A program made the translations under genes and the position numbers. Source: Spirogloea muscicola (lineage: Eukaryota). From it: a stretch of DNA of 64,000 bases. Under the pieces are notes generated by a model. It was given only the letters and a program-made list of their open reading frames with translations, was not told where the DNA came from and did not search any database. The DNA lies in the NCBI GenBank assembly GCA_009602725.1, contig WELB01000016.1, positions 373,427 to 437,426 of the forward strand. The letters are read 5' to 3'. How positions within the stretch are numbered: the first letter of the stretch is position 1; each line of letters begins with the position of its first letter. Shown here piece after piece: positions 1 through 9,928 of this stretch.

Positions 1-79
1 AGAGGCCAGCGGAGGGCGCCGAGGAGCACGGAGGAGAGCGGTGGAGCTGCGGGGCTTGTGGGTGCGCCGTCGAACACAC

Positions 80-468
80 CTGCATCTGCGAGACGAAGCG
101 GTAGATGACGGCGCCGCAGGCGAGGCCGAGGAAGCCGATGCTGGAGGCGATGGCGGCGATGAGGTAGACGGCGCGCTCGTGGCTGCGCCGGCGCCGCCGC
201 AGCACCGCCCGGTCCTCCGCGACGGCCCGCGCGGCGGCCTGGGCCAGCTCCCGGGNNNNNNNNNNNNNNNNNNNNNNNNNNNNNNNNNNNNNNNNNNNNN
301 NNNNNNNNNNNNNNNNNNNNNNNNNNNNNNNNNNNNNNNNNNNNNNNNNNNNNNNNNNNNNNNNNNNNNNNNNNNNNNNNNNNNNNNNNNNNNNNNNNNN
401 NNNNNNNNNNNNNNNNNGGCGGCAGCGGCGGCGGCGGCGGTGGCGGATCGGGCGAGGCCGGCCGCCAT
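80..468 (-). CDS. BCH: Beta-carotene hydroxylase (non-heme di-iron BCH/CHYB), exon 1; gene continues off the left edge
   Basis: Minus strand: ATG at 468 (MAAGLARSATAAA...), an N gap, then ...LRRRRRSHERAVYLIAAIASSIGFLGLACGAVIYRFVSQMQ and a GT donor at 79. This resembles plant BCH exon 1 (RKxSERxTYLxAAxxSSxG...VYYRFxWQM). Confidence 0.8.
256..417. other. Assembly gap (run of N)
   Basis: Continuous Ns inside a GC-rich first exon. Confidence 1.
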
Positions 469-1769
469 GGCCGAGCTGACGGACGGGAGCGAGGTAGGGG
501 GAGCCTGGCCAGCGCCTGGGCCGGGGCGCGCCGCCGCCACGGGGGACCCCAGGCGGCCACCGTGCCGAACGAATGGAGCCTGTGTTGATTGAGACGCGGG
601 CCTCAGTGGCCAAGAACAGTGGCAAGCACGTCGACAGATGGACATCACGGGCCGACGGGGGCGAGGAGAGAGCGCGCGGCTTTCTCCAAACGGGGGTGCC
701 GTGGCTGCGGGAAGCGCGCCCCCCATCGGCCAACTTAGCCCTTTTCTTCTGGTTTCTGCCTGAACAGTGAATTGGCTTGAATTGGCCTCCGTTACATTTC
801 AATGCGCCTCGCCTTCTGTCTCCCATCGACCGGTGCTGGCTCCGCTCGGCCTCCCCCAAGGCACGTCCCGCCATCAAAGTTGGCCACCCGCGCGCGCTCC
901 TTGCTCTCATCCGGCTCGCCATCGAGCAGCGCCGTCTGCCCCGCTCGCCCCGCGTGCCGAGCGCCCACGCGGCGCGCCCGGCCGCGCCCACTGGCCCCGC
1001 CCGATCGCGGCTCCCCCGGCCAATCGGCCCCGCAGCTGCGTGGCTGGCGCCGCGGCGCGCCGCGTGGCGAGCCGGCCCGCGCCCACCACCCCCCCACAAT
1101 GACGATCGTCTTTTGGCGAGCGGGCAACCAAGGAAAGAAGAAGTGGCTCTCCCAGTGGGTGCAAGAGCTGTGGAAAGCCAACCCGAGAAGATTTGGCAAA
1201 GGTTCGAAGGGCCAAATGACGGAGGGGCTTGAAGCAAAGCGCTATGACAGGACGGGGTGTAGATGTACCACTCAGTAGCAACAGAAAGGAAAAGCAAGCG
1301 CGGCCAGATTAACTGGTGGCTGGGAGAGGCCAGCCCAAAAGAATGGACAAGGTCTGAAGGAGTCGGACTGCTAAGGACTGAGGCAGCAGTAAGCGAGGGA
1401 AGCGAAGGAAAAGCGAAGGAGAAGGGGCTTTCAAAGCTAAACAAAATAGCTCTTTCAAAGCTAAAGCGACTCAAGCGGCCATGGGTGGGGAATAGCGTCG
1501 CCAGAAAGAGAGCTCTGTGGCTCGGTGGCTCGACCTTACTGCACCTGCTTAAGCGCCACGCGTCGTCCCGTCGAAGAATGTTGCCCGGTATGAAACGAGA
1601 GTGGCCAGAGCAAACCTTCACACTGTTGGTGAAAAGAACACATGAATCCAAGAGGGGCTAGAATAACCAAACGGGGAAACAGAACGGCCGGGGGACTTCA
1701 GTATCTACGAGTGGGAGTACTTGTTCATTCTTTTCTGGGCTGGCTTTTTCCAGGGGCTCGCGCGTAAGA

Positions 1770-2370
1770 GAGAAGGGCTCGCCCATTGAGGATAGGGGCT
1801 GGAAAAAGCCAGCCCAGAAAAGAATGAACAAGTGACGAGAAGGGGCCAGGGGAATTACGAAGAACAACAAGCACTAAAAAGAAACGAAGCAGCTACGAAG
1901 CACTCAGTAACCCCTGCTAAGAAGCAAGCGCGGCCAGATTAACTGGTGGCTGGGAGAGGCCAGCCCAAAAGAATGGACAAGGTCTGAAGGTCTAAGCAGC
2001 CTCAGGTCAGAGAGACTGGGTTCCTGGAAGCGGGTCCCCTGGCCAGAGCCAGAGGCAGCAGCGAGGGCTCTGCCTGCACGCAGGTGCAGCGCGCGGGCCA
2101 TAGACCTCTGCAGCGAGACGGCCAAGCGCATGCGGTACACCTGCGCTAGCGACCCTGCTGCATGGGAGTCCACCGGCTCCCCATGGAAGCGGCGGACAAT
2201 GGCCTGACGTGAGAGCTGGTTGAGCAGCTCGAGCCACCGAGCGCCCAGCGCCCCGTGCGTATCGATGGCGAGCGGGAAGAACTCGTCTTTCCGCGGGTGA
2301 TCTGCATATTTTAGCTCCTTGGCCCGAGCGGCGCAGGCTACCGCATACCCAGCCTTGGTGGCACACTGGG
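1770..2370 (-). mobile_element. CRE-like element, RLE C-terminus plus 3' UTR (subfamily B), carrying a nested subfamily C insert
   Basis: Minus frame reads QCATKAGYAVACAARAKELKYADHPRKDEFFPLAIDTHGALG...VYRMRLAVSLQRSMARALH...SDLRLL|SRGY*. The KxxKY / FxPLAxxTxG / LQR pattern is typical of RLE-clade LINE C-termini. Confidence 0.8.
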
Positions 2371-4329
2371 TTGGGTGTGAGCGGTCTTACGAGCCCTTCT
2401 CTCTTACCGACATCTGCTAAAGAAATAATAATAAAAAGTGGCTCTCCCAAAGGAGGAAGGGCTGTGAACAGCCAGCCCGAAAAATTTACTAAGCTGATCT
2501 GTTTCAGCATGTCTTGTCGCCCAGCCAGGTGCAGTCGGCATGGGTGCCCCCCCCGTAAAGAAAGCGTCAATAAGTACAACGTCGAGGAGGAGGTGAGGCC
2601 CGCCTACTGAGCTTCCATATGCATCGTCTCGTGTCTAGTTGTGTAGCTTTTATTTTCGGCACCTTTTCGGCTTTGGATATTGTCCATTCTTTTTGGGCTA
2701 GCTTGGCCAGCCCCTCTTCTCTAAGGGCGCGCCATTCTCTCGCCGCTCCGGGGGGTGGCGACAACGTCCAGACGCCTCACGTACGGCTTCCGCAATTCTG
2801 GGAGATGGGCATAATGCCCGACAGCTCCATTGCCAGATGGTACCCGGCCTAGTAAACCACAGCCCAAATTGCGTCTATTCGTGGGGGCAGCTTGGGCCAC
2901 ACCAGCATTTCGCAGGCATTAGTTGCATATCTGCGACTTTCACTTAATCTGCAGCGCTCGCAAGCTCTGGCTCTTCATCAGCGTGCAGGGCGCGCTCCAA
3001 GTCAGGCCACCAGCTTCCGTGGCGGCGCTTTGGCTCCCAAAGTTAGCTCGTCGGATTTGCATGTGCTCACCCGTGGGTACTGATGTTACGCTGTTACCTT
3101 AGGCGGCTCAGCGTAGGGCTCCATTTAATGTAGCCTTGTTTATCCTGCACTGGATCTGCCTGAACAATGTGTTGGCTCAAATTGGCCTCCCTATCATTCC
3201 ATGCGCTCTGCGCGCCTTCTCTCTTTTAGTAGATTGTGTGACGCATTGCACTCACCTCCCTCAACACACCTAAGCTTGTGGGCAGCCAATGAACTCTCAT
3301 CAGCAGGCTGACTTCATATGCCGCGGGCATTCTGGCCCTGATTTGCCGCACACGGGTTTCCAGTACCCTGTAGGGTTCTTTGGCTTAACCCTTGCATCTG
3401 CATGCTGCCTGTGCCCTGGCTGCCGCCTCCGGCTCTCGGCAGGAGCACTGCTTCGTGGCTCCTGATCTACGACTTGCGGCTGCTAAGTAGGATCACTAGG
3501 CGGCCACCCTCAGGTCATGGCTCTGGGAGGCCAGCCCAACACCAATGAACAAGGTCCAAAGGGGCCGTTGCAGTAAGTGCTCTCTCCTAATGGGGCGAGG
3601 GCTGTGAAAACTAGCTCCAGAAAGAATGGACAGGTCAAATTTGGAGAAGGTCCACGCCACCGTTACTGAAGTGCCCCATGGACGTCAGTGGCCAGCAGAC
3701 TGTTTTTCTGATATTAGAATAGAGAGGAAAAGCAAGGAAGGTCATCCCAGGAGGGGGCGGCGATTGCTGTCAAAGAAACAACTCTCTATATAAGGCATTG
3801 TCTGTGAGAGGCCAGCCCAAAACTACGTACAAGTCTGTGCTGTCAAAGGTCAGCCCCGAATCTAGAAGGACAAGGTTCGAAGGGGCCGGGAAGTCGCTCC
3901 TGCAAAAGGGGGCGATGGCTGTAATTTAAGGAGAGACGATAGAGAGAGGAGCGATAAAGAAGTGGTGATAACAGGAGAAGAGGCCAGCCCAGAAAAAGAA
4001 TGGATGAGGACTGAAGGCCCACAGCTTGGCGGTGAACTGGCGTGGGCGGTGTGGGGGGAGAGGCGCGCGGAGCGCATGGAGTGAGGGAGGCCGAGAGGAG
4101 GAAGCAGTAGCTCTGTCAAAGTAAGGCGATGGTTGTGAAAGGCCAGCCCAAAAGAATGGACAAGTTCTGAAGGGGTGTAAGCACTTTCAAGGGGGCGAGA
4201 GCTTTGAACAAAAGGCTCTCCTAAAGGGGGCGAGGGTTGTGACAAGCCAGCCTTTTCAAAAATTGACAAGGTCCAAAGGGGCCGCAGAAGCCGAAAGACA
4301 TAAGTAAGCAAGGACCCTGTAGGACTGTC

Positions 4330-5100
4330 ACTTAGTAATCTCTAGACTGTAGCCGCAAGTCAAAAAGATTGGTCGCTGGAGGCAGTCCCCTTGACGAAAG
4401 CCAGAGGCTGCAGCGAGAGCACGGCCAGCAGGCAGATGTAAGGCGTGGGCCATGAATCGCTGGAGCTTATGGACAAGCGCATGCGAAACACCTGCGCTAG
4501 CAAGCTAGCGGCGTTTAAGTCGGAATGCTCGCCCCACCTGCGGGACACAGCTCTGCACGCAAGCTGGTCAACAGGTCTAGTTACTCAGACCTGAGAGCCC
4601 GTGACATCGTTGGCCAGTGAAACGTATCCGTCCCCTTCCGGGTGGTCGACGTACTTGGCCTCTTCGCCACGAGCGGCATTCGCTGCTGCATACCCAGCCT
4701 TCGAAGCAGAGAGCCCCGGATTGGAGCGATCAACCACATCTGAGTTGGATCTGTCGGCGATGATGCGCGGGCCACCGCCCGGCGTGGTGGCCACCAGCTC
4801 GACCCTCCGCATATGGAGTCCATCAGCCCTCGGCAGGATGGGCATGATGGACGTATTTTATGAACACCATGTACCTTGCCTCTAGGTTGATGGGGGGCCA
4901 ATTCGAGCCTTACGCCTCTTCTTTTTGGGCTGGCTGTTCACAGCCCTTGCCCCCTTCAAATACTTGGGGAGAAGACAGAGCCACTTTCTTACGCATCCAT
5001 GTGCGTAGTTCTCTTCTAGGTGCACGGCGGAGGACATGCGCCGCCATCTCCGATGTATCCGCCGCCCGTTTGCCGCATTCACACTGCAGCACTCCAAGAA
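4330..5100 (-). mobile_element. Degenerate CRE-like fragment: zinc-knuckle plus RLE region
   Basis: QCECGK...AAHVLR, then RRVELV...IIAD...DVV...AGYAAANAARGEEAKYVDHP...LA, then FRMRLSIS. It contains frameshifts and a nested + strand 3' UTR at about 4900-4990. Confidence 0.7.
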
Positions 5101-6424
5101 GGGAAGGCGCGCTGTGCGCGTGAAATGAAAGGGAGGCCGATACAAGCCATTGGATAATTCAGCAGGGAGAAGATGCACGGTGCGCATGAAATATAAGAAG
5201 GCCAACCCAAGTCAAAAGACATTGTTCAGGCAGAAACTAGTGGAAAACAAGGCTACATTAAACAAAGCCCTACGCTAAGGTGGTTAAATAAGGTAACAGT
5301 GTGGCGTTAGTACCCACGGGTGAGCACATACAAATCCGACAAGCTAAACTTGGGAAAAAGACGACAGGGCTGGAGCAACAAGGAGAGGAAGTGGCTCTTC
5401 CAGTGGGGGCAAGGGCTGTGATAATCCAGCCCGAAAAGAATTGACAAGGTTCGAAGGGGCCAACTTACGGAGGGGCCCAAAGCGCGCCAGGCTTGCGCGC
5501 TGTGTCCCGCAGGCGAGGTGAGCAGGCTGACTTCAACGCCGCTAACTCGTTTGCCCAGGTCTACCGCATGCACTTGTCAATCTCCCTGCAGCGGTTCATG
5601 GCCCACGCCTTGCATCTACCTGCTCTCGCTGCACCCTCTGGCTTTCGTCAGGGGGATTGTTTTCCGGCAGCTAGTCTGCAGGATTTGAGGGCTCCTCACG
5701 CGTTCCTTATTGAGTGGATGTGGATCCATCCTACAGCCGTTCTAAAATAGCGCTGTAGGCCCGGGCGGCTTATGCGACTATCCATATCTCTGCACTAGAT
5801 TCTGCCTGAACAATGGATTGGCTTGAATTGGCCTCCCTTTCGTTTCATGCGCTCCGCGCGCCTTCTCTCTTCAGCGGTCCATGGCCCTGGCTTTGCACCT
5901 GCGTGCTGGCAGCCGTGCTCTCGCTGCTGCCTCTGGCTTTCGTCAGGGGGATTGTCTTCCGCCAGCTAGTCTGTCGGATCACCAGCTTGCTAGGCGTGCA
6001 GTAGCCCAGGCTAATGGCTTCCATGGTGGTGGTTTGGCTCCTCTTAGCTTGTCAGACATGCATGTGCTCACTCGGGGATATTTAGTGTCCCCCTTAGCCA
6101 GCTCTTTACCCCGTCAACAGGACATTTTAAAAGCTAGAATTGGCCTCCCTTTCGATTTCATGCGCACCGCGCGCCTTCTCTCAAATTTGAGGCTCCTCAC
6201 TCGTTGTTAATGAGTGGTCCATCCTATCCCAGTTTTTTGAAATAGCGCTTCTGAACCTTAGTCGTTTGGCCCCGTCGAACCTTGTCAATTCTTTTCGGGC
6301 TGGCTTCTCACAGCCCTTGCACCCACTGGGAGAGCCACTTCTTCATTAGGCCCCTCCGTAACAAGCAAGGAAGCGCGGCCAGGTTTGACTGGATGGCTGT
6401 GAGAAGAAAGTGCTCGCCCATAGA

Positions 6425-8240
6425 GAAGAAACTTTCGTGTATTTGAAACAAACGAAGGCCAAATGGCCAAGTACAAAGGCAAGCACATCTTAAGACCTAC
6501 ATAATCTACAGTAGATTGACCCGCTCAATAACCACGGGTCAAAACATGAAAATCGCTAACCGATGCCTGAATACTAGATGGCAGATACGAAGCCCTTCTG
6601 CCACCAACCAGAGCTCGCCCAGCTTTCTGGTGCAAAGCATTAGCCTGAGCACGCTCCAAACAGGCCGAAACTCGTCGTTGCAGAACGACGGATATGCAGC
6701 TGGCAAGCCCATCTCAGCCGGGAACACATCTGCATGTCGTGTGTAGCCTAGATTGGCTATGTTTGGAAAGAGAGTAACGAAACGAGGACTTAAGCAGCCA
6801 AAGATGTCAATTGCTGCTGGCAGGAGCTGATCACGTTGGGTTTAATCAGAGTACTGCTGCAACTTTCTTTGTTCAGCACTGCCCACTGCGTGCCAAGCGA
6901 TGTGTGTCGATGCTGGACCTCTATGGGCCTCCGTAAGCACAACATCGACCAAGGCCCGTGGTCCTCCCCAGGTTGCACGCCCACAATGTCAAATGTGCGG
7001 CGATGATGACATCCCTGAGCATCTGTGGTGATAGCATGATGTTGCTCACTTCCACGACCGCACGGAACCCGGCGTCGCGCATCAAACCCGCCAGGGCATC
7101 ACGGAGGAGGTTGTGTATGCCCACCAATTGTGGTCCAGTGGGGCATCGCAGCATGTGAGTGGCGAGCTCAGCACCCTCGGCACGGAAGCTGCACTCACAC
7201 TGGCGCACCCCAATCAGGCAATTAGGTGGGAGGCCGAGGAAGAGTTGAAGCAACATCCGAAAGGCCTCGGAGCTGATGCTGAAGGCGCTGGCCACGGTGT
7301 GTGAGGTGATCCAGTCTGTGGCTCCAGGTGAGGCGAGGGAAGTAAGTCTTGCCAGGCTCCTTGGATTGTTGTGGATCTCTGGCAGCCTCCTCAAGCTTCT
7401 GCGGCGCTCATATTCCACTGCCGTAACCAGTTCGGATTGTGCCCCTCTATCCGAAGCTTGGGCGAGGGCGGAGAATGGCGTGAGTAGGGGTTGTATAGAG
7501 GGGAAAGAGCCGATTGCCGAGTCACGGATGCTCCTCAGATCCGCTTGGAGGGGGAAGGAGCCTTTCTCCACATTGTGTACGGGATCGTGGAGGCAAGGGA
7601 AGCGCATGGGAAGCATAGAGGCGATCTGGTGCCAGCAGCCCAGGAAGGCTGCTTGCGCGGTCTGCTCCAACGACCGGCAGCCAAGGCCGCCCATGCGAGT
7701 AGGGAGGGAAGCCTGGAGGGAAGATGAAGAGGAGGAGAGAAGGCGCGCGGTGCGCATGAAATTGAAAGGGATGCCATTTCTAGCCTTACAAATGTCCTGT
7801 TAACTGGGTAATGAGCTGGCTAAGGGGGACACTACATCCCCGAGTGAGCACAAGCATATCTGACATGCTATACTGAGGCGCCAAACCACCACCACGGAAG
7901 CCATTCGCCTGGGCTAATGCCGACCAGCACGCTGTGTATCGCGAGTGCCTGGGAGCGCTGTAGACTCAATGATAGTCGCATTCTATAGAAAGGGGAAAGA
8001 GGAAGATTGTAGAAGGGATGCTAGGGACTGCAGCAGGGAGTTGTCGAATTCCTTGTAGAGCTCGCCCACCATGCCCAATGGGGCGACTGTCCGTTGCAGG
8101 TAGCAGTGCCAACGGGTTTAGGTTACGCCAGCTGTGTCGAATTCTTTGTAGAGCTCGCCCACCATGCCCGGCGGGGCGACTGTCCGTTGCAGATAGCATG
8201 GCCAACGAGAATGGCCAACGCCAGCTGTGTCCCCAAGGAG
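6425..8240 (-). mobile_element. Longest CRE-like copy (subfamily G): RT thumb, GGLG, zinc knuckle, RLE, 3' UTR; degenerate
   Basis: In order: YLQRTVAP..FD..LL (8230-7995); QASLPTRMGGLG, GATDWI, FLGLP, CECSF..HMLRC..G..HNLLRD (ORF 6921-7757); FDIV..LVDV, AEQRK..Y..LPAAIDIFG, SDFHVLTRGY* (about 6526); then 3' UTR and CT tail. Confidence 0.85.
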
Positions 8241-9928
8241 GGGAAGGAGAAAGGCGCGCGGGGCGCATGAAATGAAAAGGGAGGCCAAAAGGTGGGAAGG
8301 GAAGGGAGGGGGGCGAGGTGTTTTGGAGGCGTTCCCGCAAGTCCACCGCCACGTGAGCTGGTGTGTCAAGGGGGGACCTTGAGGATGGCCAGCCCATTGG
8401 CAGGGCTCGCCCATAGAGAAGAGGGGCTGGCAAAGCCAGCCAAAAAGGAATGGACAATGTCTGATGGAGCTGGAGCAAGGATGAAGACTTCGTGTCAAGG
8501 AGCAAGGAGCAACGGGGCCCTCCCGTCCCACTTCGTGACGCCCACGGAAAAAGAATGGGCAGCGGGCCGGCAACCGTCAGGCCGGAAGCGGCGCGCCCAA
8601 TCAAGAAGAAAAGAACAAAGGGCTCGCCCATGAGGATAGGGGCTGGAAAAGCCAGCCCCAAAAAGAAGGAACAAAGTAAGAGAAGGGGGCCAGCGGAAAG
8701 AAAGGAAGTGCTCGCCCATAGAGAAGAAGAAGAAGTGGCTCTCCCAATGGGGGCAATGAGGGCTGTGAAAAGCCAGCCCGAAAAGAGTTGACAAGGTTCG
8801 AAGGGGCCAAACTACGAGCTAAGCAGCGACTGCGGGGCCTGAAGAGGCTATGGCAGAAGGGGGGAGGATGTGAGAAGCCAGCCCGAAAAGAACTGACAAG
8901 GTTCGAAGGGGCCAAACTACGAGCTAAGCAGCGACTGCGGGGCCTGAAGAGGCTATGGCAGAAGGGGGGAGGATGGAGAAGAGGGGCTGGCAAAGCCAGC
9001 CCAAAACAGAATGGACATTGTCCAAAGCCAAAGGAGCCGGAAAAGGACTAACTACACTACAAAACACTGCAAAGCACATATAGGATGCAGAGGGAAGCTC
9101 AGTACCCGCGAGTGAGCAACGTCAGGTCTGAGTAGCTCGCTGCAGGGAAAGAGACACAAGAGGAAGAAAAGGGCTCGCCCAATCAAGGGGCCCCCGCGCG
9201 ATCACGTGGCCCGCGGCGCCGCGCCAATGAGCAGGCCCCCCGCGGTGCGCTGCACCTCGGACAAGAAAGGAGAAGAAGTGGCTCTCCCAATGGGGGCAAG
9301 GGCTGTGAGAAGCCAGCCCGAAAAGAATTGACAAGGTTCGAAGGGGCCAAACTACGAGCTAAGCAGCGACTGCGGGGCCTGAAGAAGTGGCTCTCCCAAT
9401 GGGGGCAAGGGCTGTGAGAAGCCAGCCCGAAAAGAATTGCAAGGTTCGAAGGGGCCAAACTACGAGCTAAGCAGCGACTGCGGGGCCTGAAGAGGCTATG
9501 GCAGAACGGGGAAGGATGGACCACTTAGTAGTTACGAGTGAGGAGCCTCACATCCGACAGACTAGCTGCCGGTAAACTATCCCCCTGACGAAAGCCGGAG
9601 GCCGCAGCGAGAGCACGGCCAGCACGCAGATGCAAGGCGTGGACAAGAAAGCGCCCCCCGTGAAGGAGGATGATATGGGCTGGGGAAAGCCAGCCCAGAA
9701 AAGAATGAACCAAGGACGAGAAGGGGCCAGGGGAAGCACAAAGCACACAATGAGACCCAAGGAGCTACGAAGCTCTTAGTAACCCTTAGGTCAGAGAAAC
9801 TTGGCTCCTGGACTCGGGTCCCTGGCCAGAGCCAGAGGCACACCCGTGACCCTCCGGCCGTATGAAGCGGCACATCCTCTTTCAATGATCAATGACCGCT
9901 TCTCCCCCTCCAAGACGACGGCGCCGCC

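Larger units (their letters stand above)
571..9885. mobile_element. About 9 kb nest of 5'-truncated CRE-like non-LTR retrotransposon fragments in both orientations, between divergent BCH and CLC
   Basis: Many copies of the 3' modules GGGCTGGC..CAGCCC..GGG(A/C)GAGC..CTT and TTGGCCTCCC..CATGCGC..GCGCGCCTTCTC, and repeated ORF ends RMRLSxSLQRxxAxALHxRAGRAL...SDxxxLTRGY*. Confidence 0.85.

Noticed and set aside
767..1281. Overlapping Arg/Pro/Ala-rich ORFs here and at 24736-25609 and 48031-49319
   Set aside because: They are stop-poor frames in very GC-rich promoter or first-exon DNA, with no recognisable domains beyond the genes already called.
8733..9520. CRISPR-like or regularly spaced repeat array
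   Set aside because: Units are over 100 bp, irregularly spaced, lack unique spacers and follow retroelement ORF ends; the context is eukaryotic with no cas genes.
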